Positions 62,915-64,000 of a stretch of 64,000 nt of DNA are shown here, in pieces. The stretch lies in the IMG/VR virus record IMGVR_UViG_3300023174_000040, positions 186,001 to 250,000 of that record; one strand, 5' to 3'. The translations under genes and the position numbers were made by a program. Every line of letters starts with the position of its first letter. The stretch's first letter is position 1. The notes under the pieces were generated by a model, which saw nothing but the letters and a program-made list of their open reading frames with translations, did no database searches and had not been told where the DNA came from.

Positions 62915-64000
62915 ATGATATTAACAATAGATCAAAATCCCTCTGTGACGGACGAAATATTATTTACATTTAACACAAAAGATGTCAATAATAAAACAAT
63001 AGATCCTTATAAAGTAGATGCACTAAAAATATATTTTATTGAAAGAGATTTTGCCAGCACAGATAATAAAGAATACTCTGCCGAGAGCTATTATAACCAT
63101 GATTATATTCAAGGAGAAATTCACAAAGCAATAACATCTGGTGGTGGGTCGGGCGAAAAAGTCATTAAGTTTATGACAGAGCACTCCCCGATTATAAACG
63201 GAACTCTAAGTGGAACTATTTTCAAAGATCTAAATATAGTAAACACCTTTACTCTAGACAAGAAAAACAGATTTATATTAACAGATATAAGAACGGGCGG
63301 AATTTCTCCTGAATTTAAAGTTAATTGCGGAAGCGTTAACTTAGAAACAGGAGAAATTAGTTTAACTTGGAATAAGGATCCAGGCTCATATAAGATAATA
63401 ATTAACTATGAATACAAAATGCCTAACGGTAACGACTTTTTTTATTACAAAGAAGCAACTCCAGTCGAGATAGTTGGAAGTGAAATTTTTCCTGCTTGGT
63501 TGTCAACAGATCAAGAAAAATCTTTAATTGTAAAAGATAATTGCTCAGAGGGACTTTTTAATTATACATGGAACCCTTCTGGAAGAAGGGAAGGTGACTA
63601 TTTCATATGTTATACTTGGACCCCTTATGCTGGAGCATCTTCCTTATCTAGTCATGAAAGATTTTACTTAAACGGATCAACGATATTAAACACAAGCATA
63701 CCTAGCCATCAAACAGTTCCAGGGAAGTATGAGGAATTACTAGATAGATACCTACCCGAAATGTTTAAAGCACTAATAGCGGACGAAGATAGAACACCAG
63801 ACGTTTTAGATAATTTTAATAAATCAGTGGCCAAGGGTTTTACGTTTCTCGAGGACTTGACCAATCAGATAGTAGATTTATTTGATGCAAATGTAATAAG
63901 TGAATCACTCTTGAGTTATCTCGGAAACACCCTAGACCTTAAACTAAAGAGTTCGGATCCAACTTTGTGGAGAAGGCAAATAAAGGAAGCGGTACCCCTT
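62915..64000 (+). CDS. Baseplate wedge / P2 gpI-like tail protein (partial, runs off window; not in ORF track)
   Basis: Open frame from ATG 62915 (MILTIDQNP...) to the window end; LLDRYLPEMF...IVDLFDAN...LSYLG...LWRRQIKEAVPL; translated by hand. Confidence 0.75.
   Translation, partial: MILTIDQNPSVTDEILFTFNTKDVNNKTIDPYKVDALKIYFIERDFASTDNKEYSAESYYNHDYIQGEIHKAITSGGGSGEKVIKFMTEHSPIINGTLSGTIFKDLNIVNTFTLDKKNRFILTDIRTGGISPEFKVNCGSVNLETGEISLTWNKDPGSYKIIINYEYKMPNGNDFFYYKEATPVEIVGSEIFPAWLSTDQEKSLIVKDNCSEGLFNYTWNPSGRREGDYFICYTWTPYAGASSLSSHERFYLNGSTILNTSIPSHQTVPGKYEELLDRYLPEMFKALIADEDRTPDVLDNFNKSVAKGFTFLEDLTNQIVDLFDANVISESLLSYLGNTLDLKLKSSDPTLWRRQIKEAVPL

Noticed and set aside
1-64000. Stop-codon reassignment (alternative genetic code), as seen in some large phages
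   Set aside because: Genes are full-length and densely packed in code 11, TAG, TGA and TAA all end genes at sensible boundaries, and the tRNA is not a suppressor.
50732-64000. Bacterial T6SS or extracellular contractile injection system rather than a phage tail
   Set aside because: A very long tape measure, tRNA with homing endonuclease, T4-like internal-protein tags and the absence of Tss membrane-complex genes or host housekeeping operons favour a phage.

Overview
AT-rich segment of a large tailed (myovirus-like, T4-related or huge) bacteriophage genome, read in the standard bacterial code. All calls come from motif recognition; no database searches were run. Right end (50.7-64 kb): a contractile-tail module of tape measure, tube initiator-like, gp53/LysM-like, hub, gp5/VgrG-like spike, gp25, gp6/baseplate-J and a partial P2-gpI-like wedge. 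Left end: tRNA-Gln(UUG) without encoded CCA, a truncated tRNA 5' half, a Seg-like GIY-YIG homing endonuclease and a four-copy conserved element. The middle is a strand-switching accessory region. It holds two paralogous delta-60 beta-propeller proteins, LamG and tail-fibre proteins with Thr/Pro-rich mucin-like stalks, and about six glycosyltransferase-like genes, one a GT-methyltransferase-lectin fusion. It also encodes four Pol-beta-type nucleotidyltransferases (one canonical CCA enzyme, one degenerate paralog, two minimal), a stand-alone CCA-type HD domain, a 2H phosphoesterase, a SNF2 ATPase, MscL, an EamA transporter, a caspase-like protease, a 2OG-Fe(II) oxygenase, a PRTase, an HNH protein and a CAP lipoprotein. 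The strongest unexplained pattern is an N-terminal motif (M-x-x-F-x-E/D/N-W/Y/F-L/I/V-x(1-3)-E) on about 14 unrelated proteins. It resembles the T4 internal-protein capsid targeting sequence and suggests a virion-packaged, injected enzyme kit covering tRNA-end repair, ADP-ribosylation and a helicase. A second candidate system is phage-encoded glycosylation of mucin-like virion fibres.
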